A stretch of 32,000 nt of DNA from positions 5,835 to 37,834 of the forward strand of contig CAWAQU010000009.1 of assembly GCA_963784355.1 (NCBI GenBank), read 5' to 3'. Origin of the DNA: an uncultured bacterium. GTDB taxonomy: Bacteria; Patescibacteriota; JACMRA01. The position numbers were made by a program, and so were the translations under genes. Position 1 is the first letter of the stretch. The number at the start of each line of letters is the position of its first letter. The notes beneath the pieces are model-generated. The model worked only from the letters and a program-made list of their open reading frames with translations. It was not told the DNA's origin and searched no databases. Positions 24,469 to 32,000 of the stretch are shown here, piece after piece.

Positions 24469-26703
24469 TTATTCCGATTTTTCTTGCAACACATCTCTCA
24501 AAGCTGCAGCTTCTTCAAAATTCATTGCATCAATTGCGATTTGTAATCTCTCTTTTAATTCGGATATTGATAAATTCATTTTCTTTACATCCTGATAATA
24601 AACAGACTTTTCTTCTTCAAAGTTGGCATAGACTTGCTTGCCCTTGTTACTTTTTCTATCCGGGGTTTCTTCAGTATGGATTGAATTACTCCTTCTTCTT
24701 TTCTTAGGCTCATCAAACTGAAACATTTTTGACTCATCAGAGTTTAAAGGCTGCCATCCAGTTGTAGTATAAACAGCTCCTGATTTACCGTAATCTTCAT
24801 TTTTATCCATCTCTTCTCGCAGATCATCAGCAATTGTCTTTATTCCCCTTACAACTGTAGTAGGGTTAATGTTGTGTTCTTTGTTATAGGTTTGCTGAAT
24901 AGCTCTTCGACGTTCGGTTTCTTCTATAGCAAATCTCATTGAATCTGTAATTGACTCACCATACATGATTACTTGTCCTTCTACATGTCTTGCAGCTCTT
25001 CCAACAATCTGTACCAGACTAGTCTTTGAGCGTAAAAATCCTTCCTTATCTGCATCAAAAATAGCTACTAAACTTACTTCTGGTAAATCTAAACCTTCTC
25101 TTAACAAATTGATACCAATCAAAACATCATATTTTCCACGCCTCAAATCACTCAATATATCAATTCTTTCCATAGTGTCCACGTCACTATGAATATAGGC
25201 AGACTTAATATTTATCTGTTTGAAATACAAATCAAGCTCCTCGGCAAATCTTTTTGTAAGTGTGGTGATCAAGACACGCTGCCCTCGGCTAGTTCTTCGT
25301 CTAACCTGCTCTAATATATCGTCTACTTGATTTTTAACCGGTTTTAATATGATTTCAGGATCAATAAGCCCAGTAGGTCTAATAATGGCTGTAGACACGT
25401 TAATTTTTCCATTAGGATCACGTTCAATCTCTACCCTATTTGGACCTTTGGAAATATAATTACTTTTACCAAATTCAAATTCACCCGGTGTTGCTGACAC
25501 GTAAACAATTTGATTTATTTTACGGAAAAACTCGTTTATTTTAAGCGGCCTATTGTTCAGTGCTGAAGGCAATCTAAAACCGTACTCGACCAAAGTTTCT
25601 TTACGACTCCTGTCTCCACTATACATTGCTGAGATTTGAGATAAAGTCATGTGACTCTCATCTATAAAAAATGTGCTATCATCCGGAAAATAGTCCAATA
25701 GAGTTGTAGGTGGCTCTCCATCTTCCCTGCCGTCAAAATAAATGGAATAGTTTTCAATACCTCCCACATAGCCTAAAGTCTGCAACATCTCCAAGTCATT
25801 TGCTGTTCTGTCTTTTATTCTCTGAGCCTGAAGCAGTAAGCCTTTTTGATTAAAATGCTCCACCCTATCTACCATTTCGGCCTCTATTTTAGATATGGCT
25901 TGCTGTATTTTTTCTTGGGTTGTGACGTATTGTTTAGCTGGAAAAATGGTATATTTTTGTATTACTTCTAGGGACTTGCCGGTAACTGGGTGAAAACTTT
26001 CAATCAGCTCCAAATGGTCTCCATAAAAGGAAAATCTATATCCTATTTCTTCACTTGAAGGTATTAGCTCTAAATTATCCCCACGTACTCTGAAAGTACC
26101 CCTTTTTAAATCCAGGCTTGTCCTGACAAACTGCATGTCAATTAACTTTCTGATAATTTTATCAATCTTGTAGTTTTGACTCACTTCCAGATCAATTTTT
26201 AGTGCAGCAAAATCTTCCGGATTTCCCAAACCATAAATACACGACACCGAAGCTACAATTAATACATCTTTTCGAGTCAAAAGTGACTGAGTTGCCGCGT
26301 TTCTCAACCTATCAATTTCTTCATTTATCTGAGTTTGCTTTTCAATATATGTGTCTGATCTTGGAATGTAGCTTTCCGGTTGATAATAATCATAATAACT
26401 GACAAAATAGTGGACTGCGTTATTTGGAAAAAACTTCTTAAACTCCTCAGCAAGTTGTGCCGCCAAAGTTTTATTATGGGCAATGACCAGAGTAGGCTTT
26501 TGTAAATTCTGTACAATTGAAGCCATCATAAAGGTTTTGCCCGACCCTGTAACACCCAAAATCGTCTGTTCTTTGTTATTACTTTCTATACTTTGAGTGA
26601 TTTCATCAATTACTTTGGCTTGATCTCCGGCAGGCCCATAAGGTGAGACGAGCTGAAAATGACTGCCACTTTGACTTTGAGAATACACTAATTTGTCATC
26701 CAT
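24469..26703 (-). CDS. uvrB: Excinuclease ABC subunit B
   Basis: Walker A GVTGSGKTF, DESH box (FIDESHMT), the helicase C motifs and a C-terminal UVR domain (LKERLQIAIDAMNFEEAAALRDVL). Confidence 0.97.
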   Translation of the reverse strand: MDDKLVYSQSQSGSHFQLVSPYGPAGDQAKVIDEITQSIESNNKEQTILGVTGSGKTFMMASIVQNLQKPTLVIAHNKTLAAQLAEEFKKFFPNNAVHYFVSYYDYYQPESYIPRSDTYIEKQTQINEEIDRLRNAATQSLLTRKDVLIVASVSCIYGLGNPEDFAALKIDLEVSQNYKIDKIIRKLIDMQFVRTSLDLKRGTFRVRGDNLELIPSSEEIGYRFSFYGDHLELIESFHPVTGKSLEVIQKYTIFPAKQYVTTQEKIQQAISKIEAEMVDRVEHFNQKGLLLQAQRIKDRTANDLEMLQTLGYVGGIENYSIYFDGREDGEPPTTLLDYFPDDSTFFIDESHMTLSQISAMYSGDRSRKETLVEYGFRLPSALNNRPLKINEFFRKINQIVYVSATPGEFEFGKSNYISKGPNRVEIERDPNGKINVSTAIIRPTGLIDPEIILKPVKNQVDDILEQVRRRTSRGQRVLITTLTKRFAEELDLYFKQINIKSAYIHSDVDTMERIDILSDLRRGKYDVLIGINLLREGLDLPEVSLVAIFDADKEGFLRSKTSLVQIVGRAARHVEGQVIMYGESITDSMRFAIEETERRRAIQQTYNKEHNINPTTVVRGIKTIADDLREEMDKNEDYGKSGAVYTTTGWQPLNSDESKMFQFDEPKKRRRSNSIHTEETPDRKSNKGKQVYANFEEEKSVYYQDVKKMNLSISELKERLQIAIDAMNFEEAAALRDVLQEKSE

Positions 26704-26712
26704 AAATTCACA

Positions 26713-26740
26713 TAATAATTTTTAAACTAGGCTATGTCAA
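26713..26740 (-). promoter_or_regulatory. uvrB promoter placing the TSS at or within a few nt of the start codon
   Basis: On the minus strand: TTGACA (26740..26735), 17-nt spacer, TATTAT (26718..26713), then 8 nt (gtgaattt) before the ATG at 26703. There is no SD. Confidence 0.5.
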
Positions 26741-26879
26741 GATTGTTTTACTTTTTTAAACTAAATCACGCAAACAATAAATTTACCCTTAAATAAAGAT
26801 TATTAGGCCATTATGTTATGTAAGAAATTAATATTTATTAATAATCAGAATACCTAGTTATTTGTAACTATATTTGTAA

Positions 26880-29651
26880 CTAACCCTTCAAAATACCTGC
26901 AGGCACTATGTCTGGACTGATTTTGAAAATAGTTGCAGCAGCTTCTTGGTCAATTTCTTCCAATAAATTCATAAATATGCTCATACCATCTTGCTTAAAC
27001 TCTACCAAAGGGTCCTTTTGAGAATAACCCCTCAAGCGTACAGAATCCTGCAAATGATCAATAGTAACTAAATGCTCTGTCCAAAGTATGTCTATTGCTC
27101 TTAAGAACATAAATCTAGCTAAAGCAGACTGTACTCTGTCTTCGTAAATCTCCCATCTGGTTTTCAATTGATAGTTTAGTTTTTCCGCTAAAATTTTAGC
27201 AACTTTAGAATACTTAAACTTATGATCTTTCAAAAGTACAGAAATTACCCCTGTATCAAAATCGGCTAAATTCAAAATGTTTTTCAATATATTGCTAGCT
27301 TCTTTTAATTGCTCTTGATTGATATTAGATTTTCTACCTGTTGGCTTTTTAACTATAGTTAAAGTATTATAGACAGCATTGTAGATACTCTTTTCTATTT
27401 CTTTTTGCCATTCAAAACCTTCATTTAAGAGTACTTTTTTACGTCTGGAGTAAATCACACTTCTCTGTTTGTTAATTACGTCATCGTACTCAGTAACGTG
27501 CTTACGTACATCAAAGTTTTGTCCTTCAATTTTCTTTTGAGCTTCTTCTATCAAACCTGAAAGTAATTTATTCTGAATTGGTTCATCATCAGGGATTGGT
27601 AAGATGTTCTTGTAGTAACTCATTCTATCACCTCCAAATACTCTCAAAACATAGTCTTCAAGTGAGATATAAAACTGACTCATACCCGGATCTCCTTGAC
27701 GTCCACTACGACCTCTCAACTGATTATCAATACGTCTACTCTCGTGTCTTTCAGTACCAATTACAAATAAACCTCCTAAATTTTTGACTTCTTCATGGAG
27801 TTTTTTCCACTCTTCTTTTTTTGTTTCATCATCAGGAATTTCTCCACCTAATTTAATATCCACACCACGACCCGCAATATTAGTTGCCAAAGTCACACTC
27901 CCCTTTTTACCGGCTTCAGAAACAATTTTTGCTTCCTGCTCGTGATTTTTAGCATTTAAAACTTGGTGTGGGACACCTGCTTCTTTTAATTGTTTGCTCA
28001 GCTCCAAATTTTTATCAATAGATGTAGTACCAATCAAAATCGGCTGCCCGGTTTCATGTATAGCTTTTATATCTCTTACAATGGCTTGGAATTTCCCCGC
28101 TTCAGTTTTAAAAATTTTATCTACATAGTCTTTTCTGACCATTACCTTATTTGTAGGAATAGTAACTACTAAAAGCTTATAGATTTTAAACAATTCCTCA
28201 GCCTCAGTAGCAGCCGTACCTGTCATACCTGACAATTTATTATATAGTCTAAAGTAGTTTTGGAATGTAACTGTAGCCACTGTCTTGCTCTCGGGTTGAA
28301 CTTTCAGCCCTTCTTTGGCCTCCAATGATTGGTGTAGACCTTGATTGTATCTTCTACCAAACATCAATCTACCTGTAAATTCATCTACAATGACTATTTC
28401 TCCATCCCTAACTACATATTCTTTTTCTCTATGAAACAAGGCCCAAGCTTTCAAGGCTTGATCTAAATGGTGGATTAAAACAACATTTTCAGACGATCCG
28501 TAAAGTGATTTTATACCCAACATTCTCTCTACTTTTTCAATACCAAATTCACTTAAAGTTACAGTTTTGCGTTTTTCATCTACCTTGTAATCAACTTCAG
28601 GATTCAACTTTTTAACCAACTCGGCAAACTGTTTATACCTAGCAGAAGAGTCTGCATCTTGAGAGGAAATAATCAACGGAGTTCTAGCTTCATCAATCAA
28701 AATAGAGTCAACCTCGTCTACAACGGCTACTGTCTGACCGGCTTTTTGGACAATTTCCTCAGGAGTGTTAGCCATGTTATCTCTTAGATAGTCAAAACCG
28801 AATTCGGAATTTACCCCATAAACAATGTCTACAGGTTGATTAGCTTCTTCGTCCCAGTAGGCTCTCTTCCTATCACAATGAACCAAATTTTCAACATCCA
28901 AAACCGCCCTACTGTCATCCAAACTACCATCTTCGTACGTATCTACCAGTCCGGCATTTCTTTTTTTATCTTCAACAGATCCCGCTTGAGCGCCCAATTT
29001 AAAATAAAAGCTTGCTTGATTCTGAATAATTCCAACAGTCAGTCCCAAAAAATCATAAATTTTACCCATCCAACTAGCATCACGCCTCGCCAAATAGTCG
29101 TTTACAGTAACTAAGTGTACTTGGTTGTTTTCAGGAAGGGCATTTAAATATACAGCTAAAGTAGCTACCAAAGTTTTTCCCTCTCCTGTTCTCATTTCAG
29201 CTACGCGGCCATCATTTAATACCATACCACCAATCAACTGAACCGGGAAATGTTTTTGCCCTATAGTTCTCCAAGCAGCTTCCCTAACTACAGCAAAAGC
29301 TTCGGGTAGAAGTTCGAGCAATTTTTTCTCCATTTCTTTTTCCTTCAAGCCTTTCAATTTTTCTCTAAATTCAAATGTTTTAGCTTTAAGCTCACTATCT
29401 GAGAGACCTTGCATTTTTGCATCAAAATCCTCAATTTTTTTAACTACGGCTAAGTATTTATTGATTTCTTTTTTTTCACCAATTAAATTGTCCAGAAATT
29501 TTTTAAATTGACTTCTGTCTTTTACAACAGTTCTTTGCTTGGTTGTGGTACTTTTAGCTTTAGTCTGAGGATTATTATCTGCAGGCACATTAATGTTTGT
29601 AGTTTCTGTCTCTTTTACAGCTACATCATTATTTGGATTAGAAGAACTCAT
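26880..29651 (-). CDS. secA: Preprotein translocase ATPase SecA
   Basis: Motifs: MRTGEGKTLVATL (Walker A), VDEVDSILIDEARTPLIIS (DEAD-like), TNIAGRGVDIKLGG and RIDNQLRGRSGRQGDPG. Confidence 0.97.
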   Translation of the reverse strand: MSSSNPNNDVAVKETETTNINVPADNNPQTKAKSTTTKQRTVVKDRSQFKKFLDNLIGEKKEINKYLAVVKKIEDFDAKMQGLSDSELKAKTFEFREKLKGLKEKEMEKKLLELLPEAFAVVREAAWRTIGQKHFPVQLIGGMVLNDGRVAEMRTGEGKTLVATLAVYLNALPENNQVHLVTVNDYLARRDASWMGKIYDFLGLTVGIIQNQASFYFKLGAQAGSVEDKKRNAGLVDTYEDGSLDDSRAVLDVENLVHCDRKRAYWDEEANQPVDIVYGVNSEFGFDYLRDNMANTPEEIVQKAGQTVAVVDEVDSILIDEARTPLIISSQDADSSARYKQFAELVKKLNPEVDYKVDEKRKTVTLSEFGIEKVERMLGIKSLYGSSENVVLIHHLDQALKAWALFHREKEYVVRDGEIVIVDEFTGRLMFGRRYNQGLHQSLEAKEGLKVQPESKTVATVTFQNYFRLYNKLSGMTGTAATEAEELFKIYKLLVVTIPTNKVMVRKDYVDKIFKTEAGKFQAIVRDIKAIHETGQPILIGTTSIDKNLELSKQLKEAGVPHQVLNAKNHEQEAKIVSEAGKKGSVTLATNIAGRGVDIKLGGEIPDDETKKEEWKKLHEEVKNLGGLFVIGTERHESRRIDNQLRGRSGRQGDPGMSQFYISLEDYVLRVFGGDRMSYYKNILPIPDDEPIQNKLLSGLIEEAQKKIEGQNFDVRKHVTEYDDVINKQRSVIYSRRKKVLLNEGFEWQKEIEKSIYNAVYNTLTIVKKPTGRKSNINQEQLKEASNILKNILNLADFDTGVISVLLKDHKFKYSKVAKILAEKLNYQLKTRWEIYEDRVQSALARFMFLRAIDILWTEHLVTIDHLQDSVRLRGYSQKDPLVEFKQDGMSIFMNLLEEIDQEAAATIFKISPDIVPAGILKG

Positions 29652-29672
29652 AATTGTTGTGATTTGTAGTTA

Positions 29673-29723
29673 AAAATAAGTTGTTTAATAGGGTTTGTCA
29701 AGTTACAAACTTAAGTGTAATAG
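29673..29723. promoter_or_regulatory. Divergent secA / miaA promoters with overlapping -35 hexamers
   Basis: Plus strand (miaA): TTGTCA (29695-29700), 17 nt, TAATAG (29718-29723), 11 nt, ATG 29735. Minus strand (secA): TTGACA (29701..29696), 17 nt, TATTTT (29678..29673), ~21 nt, ATG 29651. Confidence 0.4.
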
Positions 29724-29734
29724 CCTGGTGGCTC

Positions 29735-30694
29735 ATGAATTACTTGTTTGACATAAAATCAGCTAAAATACAAAATACAACTGTGATTTTAATTAGTTTG
29801 TTAGGACAAACATGCAGTGGCAAATCCGAAATGGCAGTAGAAATAGCTAGGTGGCTGGGTAATTGCTGCATAATCAACTGTGACTCTAGGCAAATCTACC
29901 AAAAATTAAATATTGGTACTGGCAAAATCAAAGGTAGTTGGAAAGATAACAATTATTTTTACAAGACTATCCCTCATCTTCTAATTGATTACGTCGATCC
30001 CCAAGAAAAAAATTATTCACTTGCTAATTATATTAACGATTTTAAAAACTTGCAAACTAATATAGAAAGTCAATTCAAATACGCAATTTTGACAGGAGGT
30101 ACAGGTTTATACGCTAAGGCCATTACTGACAACTACCAAATTAGCTCTGTAAAGCCTGAATATGAAAAAGATTGGCAAGATTTAAGAAAAGAATTATCCA
30201 AAGATTCAATTTCAACTTTGCAACAAAAATATCTAACTTTAAACTTAAGCCCTTTAAATCATTCCGATTTTCACAATCCCAGACGATTAATCAGCAAACT
30301 CTTGGATTTTGAGGGAAAAAGTAAAGGTTGGTACGAAACTATTCAAAATGAATTTAAATTTGATAAAAGCCTCAATTTTGCAATTCAAGTGGACCAGACT
30401 GAGTTAAAACAAAAAATTTTAATTAGGTTGAAAGATAGAGTAACTGAGGGCCTTACTGAGGAAATAGAGAGTTTAAATTATTTGGGTACTCAAAGATTAC
30501 TTGATTTAGGTCTAGAATACCGCATCTCCCAACTTTACTTGTTAGGATTTCTAACCGAAGATGAATGGATCAACAAAATGTATCTGGAAAATTGTAAATA
30601 TGCCAAAAGACAGCTTACTTGGCTACAAAAACAAGATTTTACTTGGATCAGTAATACAGAAGAGACAAAAAGAAGGATTACTTCCGCAATTTAA
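29735..30694 (+). CDS. miaA: tRNA dimethylallyltransferase
   Basis: P-loop GQTCSGKSEMAVEIA and DSRQIYQKLNIGTGK. The ATG at 29735 is preferred over the TTG at 29681 in the ORF track, because it leaves the usual ~15 aa before the P-loop and sits behind a promoter-like site. Confidence 0.8.
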   Translation: MNYLFDIKSAKIQNTTVILISLLGQTCSGKSEMAVEIARWLGNCCIINCDSRQIYQKLNIGTGKIKGSWKDNNYFYKTIPHLLIDYVDPQEKNYSLANYINDFKNLQTNIESQFKYAILTGGTGLYAKAITDNYQISSVKPEYEKDWQDLRKELSKDSISTLQQKYLTLNLSPLNHSDFHNPRRLISKLLDFEGKSKGWYETIQNEFKFDKSLNFAIQVDQTELKQKILIRLKDRVTEGLTEEIESLNYLGTQRLLDLGLEYRISQLYLLGFLTEDEWINKMYLENCKYAKRQLTWLQKQDFTWISNTEETKRRITSAI

Positions 30695-30696
30695 AT

Positions 30697-31140
30697 CTAC
30701 ACTTTGCAAAGTGGTTCAAAACCGAATTGGCTGTTTACTTGTACATTTTCTTGTTTAATTGTACTTCCAAAAAAACACATCTGCCATCTTTGAATATTAT
30801 TAAACTCCTGTTTCTTTTTCTCAGGAATATAATTCGGGTTTTGGTTATCAACAGTTTCTAATAAAGAAGTATCCAATACCTCCTCACCTTTTTTCTTGTA
30901 ATTTATCTCTTTAGCATACTTTTCTTGGTACAAAGCACTGTTGTAGTAATCCTTTTCGTTTTTAGACTCATTATTTTCTTGAATCAGTTTTTGAAAGACT
31001 AAAGACTCTGCATTAGCTTGAGCTTGAATACGATATAAGTTGTAAATATTGTATATGTTAGCTAAAAAACCGCCCACTAGTAATAAGTGAACGGTAAATT
31101 TTACACTGGGTATTTGAAAAAAACGTTGTAGTGAATTCAT
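30697..31140 (-). CDS. FtsB/DivIC-like septum formation initiator (tentative)
   Basis: A single N-terminal TM (FTVHLLLVGGFLANIYNIY) is followed by a coiled-coil segment and YQEKYAKEINYKKKGEEVL. This resembles the (Y/I)IE..AR.(E/K)LG....GE block of DivIC/FtsB. Confidence 0.5.
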   Translation of the reverse strand: MNSLQRFFQIPSVKFTVHLLLVGGFLANIYNIYNLYRIQAQANAESLVFQKLIQENNESKNEKDYYNSALYQEKYAKEINYKKKGEEVLDTSLLETVDNQNPNYIPEKKKQEFNNIQRWQMCFFGSTIKQENVQVNSQFGFEPLCKV

Positions 31141-31166
31141 TCAAAATCAAAAATTATTGGATATGA

Positions 31167-31607
31167 CTAACCAAACAAACCTGTAATATTTGTACTAGTT
31201 AGACCACTAATAAAGTTAACAATTGTATATGCAATGATTGTGATAATTAAACCGTATAAAGCATTGAAAAGTATTTTCTTTCCTTTTTTTGATCTAGCTT
31301 CATCACCATTATCAACAATGATAAGGAAACCTCCATATACTAAGAATAGTACTGCTACTGCTCCAGCTATATAAGTAAGGAATTTGGCAATGTTAAGAAT
31401 AAAACTGGCTATACTGCCTCGACCTCCAATAAAACTTGAACCCTCTGTTGCACCCGTAACAGGACAGCTTCCACCACATAGCTCGGTTACACCTGGAATT
31501 TTTACTTCTGTTGCACTCACTGAAGGAGCTACAACTAAACTAAAAGCAAATATTGCAATTAATGAAAATGAAAATAGTTTTGTAAGTATGTTTGCAAATG
31601 CTGACAT
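31167..31607 (-). CDS. Secreted two-TM small protein, VirB2/TrbC-type (T4SS pilin-like), copy 1
   Basis: The signal peptide ends in SVSA|TE. The variable region contains CGGSC. The C-terminus ILNIAKFLTYIAGAVAVLFLVYGGFLIIVDNGDEARSKKGKKILFNALYGLIITIIAYTIVNFI matches the TM-basic loop-TM layout of VirB2/TrbC pilins. Confidence 0.5.
   Translation of the reverse strand: MSAFANILTKLFSFSLIAIFAFSLVVAPSVSATEVKIPGVTELCGGSCPVTGATEGSSFIGGRGSIASFILNIAKFLTYIAGAVAVLFLVYGGFLIIVDNGDEARSKKGKKILFNALYGLIITIIAYTIVNFISGLTSTNITGLFG
31171..31397. repeat. 227-bp exact direct repeat, copy A (3' half of pilin-like gene 1)
   Basis: Base-by-base comparison with 31740-31966 shows identity over 227 bp (offset 569). Similarity decays immediately beyond both ends. 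Confidence 0.95.
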
Positions 31608-31723
31608 AAGAATAAGATATTGTTGTTTTTTGTAACTTGTTTTTGTTAGTTAAATAAAAGTATAACTTAGATTATTTATTTGTGCAAGTGGAAGATTTTA
31701 CTTAAGCTGTTCTTAGTTGCATT

Positions 31724-32000
31724 TTACTCAGATGTCCCTCCAAACAAACCTGTAATATTTGTACTAGTTAGACCACTAATAAAGTTAACAATTGTATATG
31801 CAATGATTGTGATAATTAAACCGTATAAAGCATTGAAAAGTATTTTCTTTCCTTTTTTTGATCTAGCTTCATCACCATTATCAACAATGATAAGGAAACC
31901 TCCATATACTAAGAATAGTACTGCTACTGCTCCAGCTATATAAGTAAGGAATTTGGCAATGTTAAGGATGAAGGTAGCTATATTGTTTTGACTTCCGTTA
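31724..32000 (-). CDS. Paralog of the pilin-like gene, copy 2 (C-terminal part; N-terminus beyond window end)
   Basis: Manual minus-strand translation gives ...NGSQNNIATFILNIAKFLTY...ISGLTSTNITGLFGGTSE*, with the TAA at 31726..31724. The plus-strand ORF 31680-31943 in the track is its antisense artefact. Confidence 0.5.
   Translation of the reverse strand, partial: NGSQNNIATFILNIAKFLTYIAGAVAVLFLVYGGFLIIVDNGDEARSKKGKKILFNALYGLIITIIAYTIVNFISGLTSTNITGLFGGTSE
31740..31966. repeat. 227-bp exact direct repeat, copy B (3' half of pilin-like gene 2)
   Basis: Identical to 31171-31397. Confidence 0.95.

Noticed and set aside
26859-26882. Perfect 12-bp tandem duplication TATTTGTAACTA x2 overlapping the secA stop codon
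   Set aside because: A single duplication in AT-rich DNA. It merely creates a second in-frame TAG 12 nt downstream, and no further structure or function is evident.
10174-29114. Other internal antisense ORFs inside core genes (10174-10428, 11171-11606, 13153-13344, 14104-14403, 14661-14945, 21147-21395, 22033-22248, 24465-24707, 24965-25192, 26202-26516, 27578-28172, 28836-29114, 30561-30758, 31384-31635)
   Set aside because: All are nested in confidently identified genes and have no motifs. They are treated as frame shadows.
29681-29734. TTG start at 29681 for miaA
   Set aside because: It would add 18 residues of non-conserved sequence and place the start inside the predicted promoter. The ATG at 29735 gives the usual spacing to the P-loop.
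31680-31943. 87-aa plus-strand ORF
   Set aside because: It is antisense to the second pilin-like paralog. The minus-strand frame reproduces the conserved C-terminus of copy 1 exactly and ends at a proper stop (31726..31724).
1-32000. Alternative genetic code (UGA recoding, as in some CPR lineages)
   Set aside because: Large conserved proteins (SecA, UvrB, PBP, FtsZ) are full-length and uninterrupted under the standard code. No in-frame UGA needs reinterpretation. Only the absence of TGA stops in core genes remains, and that is reported as a low-interest finding.
1-32000. CRISPR arrays, tRNA or rRNA genes, integrase or transposase genes
   Set aside because: I scanned for regularly spaced repeats, T-loop (GTTCGAATC-like) signatures and recombinase motifs. 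None was found, so none is reported.

Overview
AT-rich bacterial chromosome segment (about one-third G+C by eye), standard genetic code, tightly packed. It has two parts.

(1) Positions 1 to ~8750 are an accessory island of 12 ORFs, none housekeeping. On one strand it carries an operon: orphan 312-aa gene, 52-aa ORF, SpoVG-like protein, gene-II/RstA/Rep_trans-like rolling-circle replication initiator, HTH-fused C5 cytosine methyltransferase, and an HpaII-like restriction endonuclease cut by the window edge. Further cargo follows: a Nudix hydrolase convergent with an HEPN (RNxxxH) protein, and several small membrane or orphan proteins. No integrase, transposase, tRNA or att site is visible.

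(2) Positions ~9100 to 32000 are core genes:
- cupin-type mannose-6-P isomerase
- divergent YvcK/CofD-like protein
- RluA-family pseudouridine synthase
- 5'-3' exonuclease
- lepB
- type A RNase P RNA with a textbook promoter
- YtxH-like protein
- a FakA(N+middle)-DegV fusion followed by two tandem plsY genes
- an interrupted small ORF
- ftsZ
- phosphomannomutase
- an extended class A PBP
- uvrB, secA, miaA
- an FtsB/DivIC-like protein
- two tandem VirB2/TrbC-like pilin paralogs sharing a 227-bp identical 3' block

The gene content and style suggest a reduced Patescibacteria/CPR-like genome: Fak-PlsY lipid salvage, almost no Shine-Dalgarno sequences, promoters abutting start codons, T4SS-pilin-like genes. 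This is inference only.

No CRISPR array, rRNA or tRNA was seen. The most interesting items are the Rep/SpoVG/R-M island, the Nudix-HEPN pair, the Fak fusion-plsY-plsY module and the pilin paralogs. All family assignments come from motif recognition by eye and need HMM or structure confirmation.
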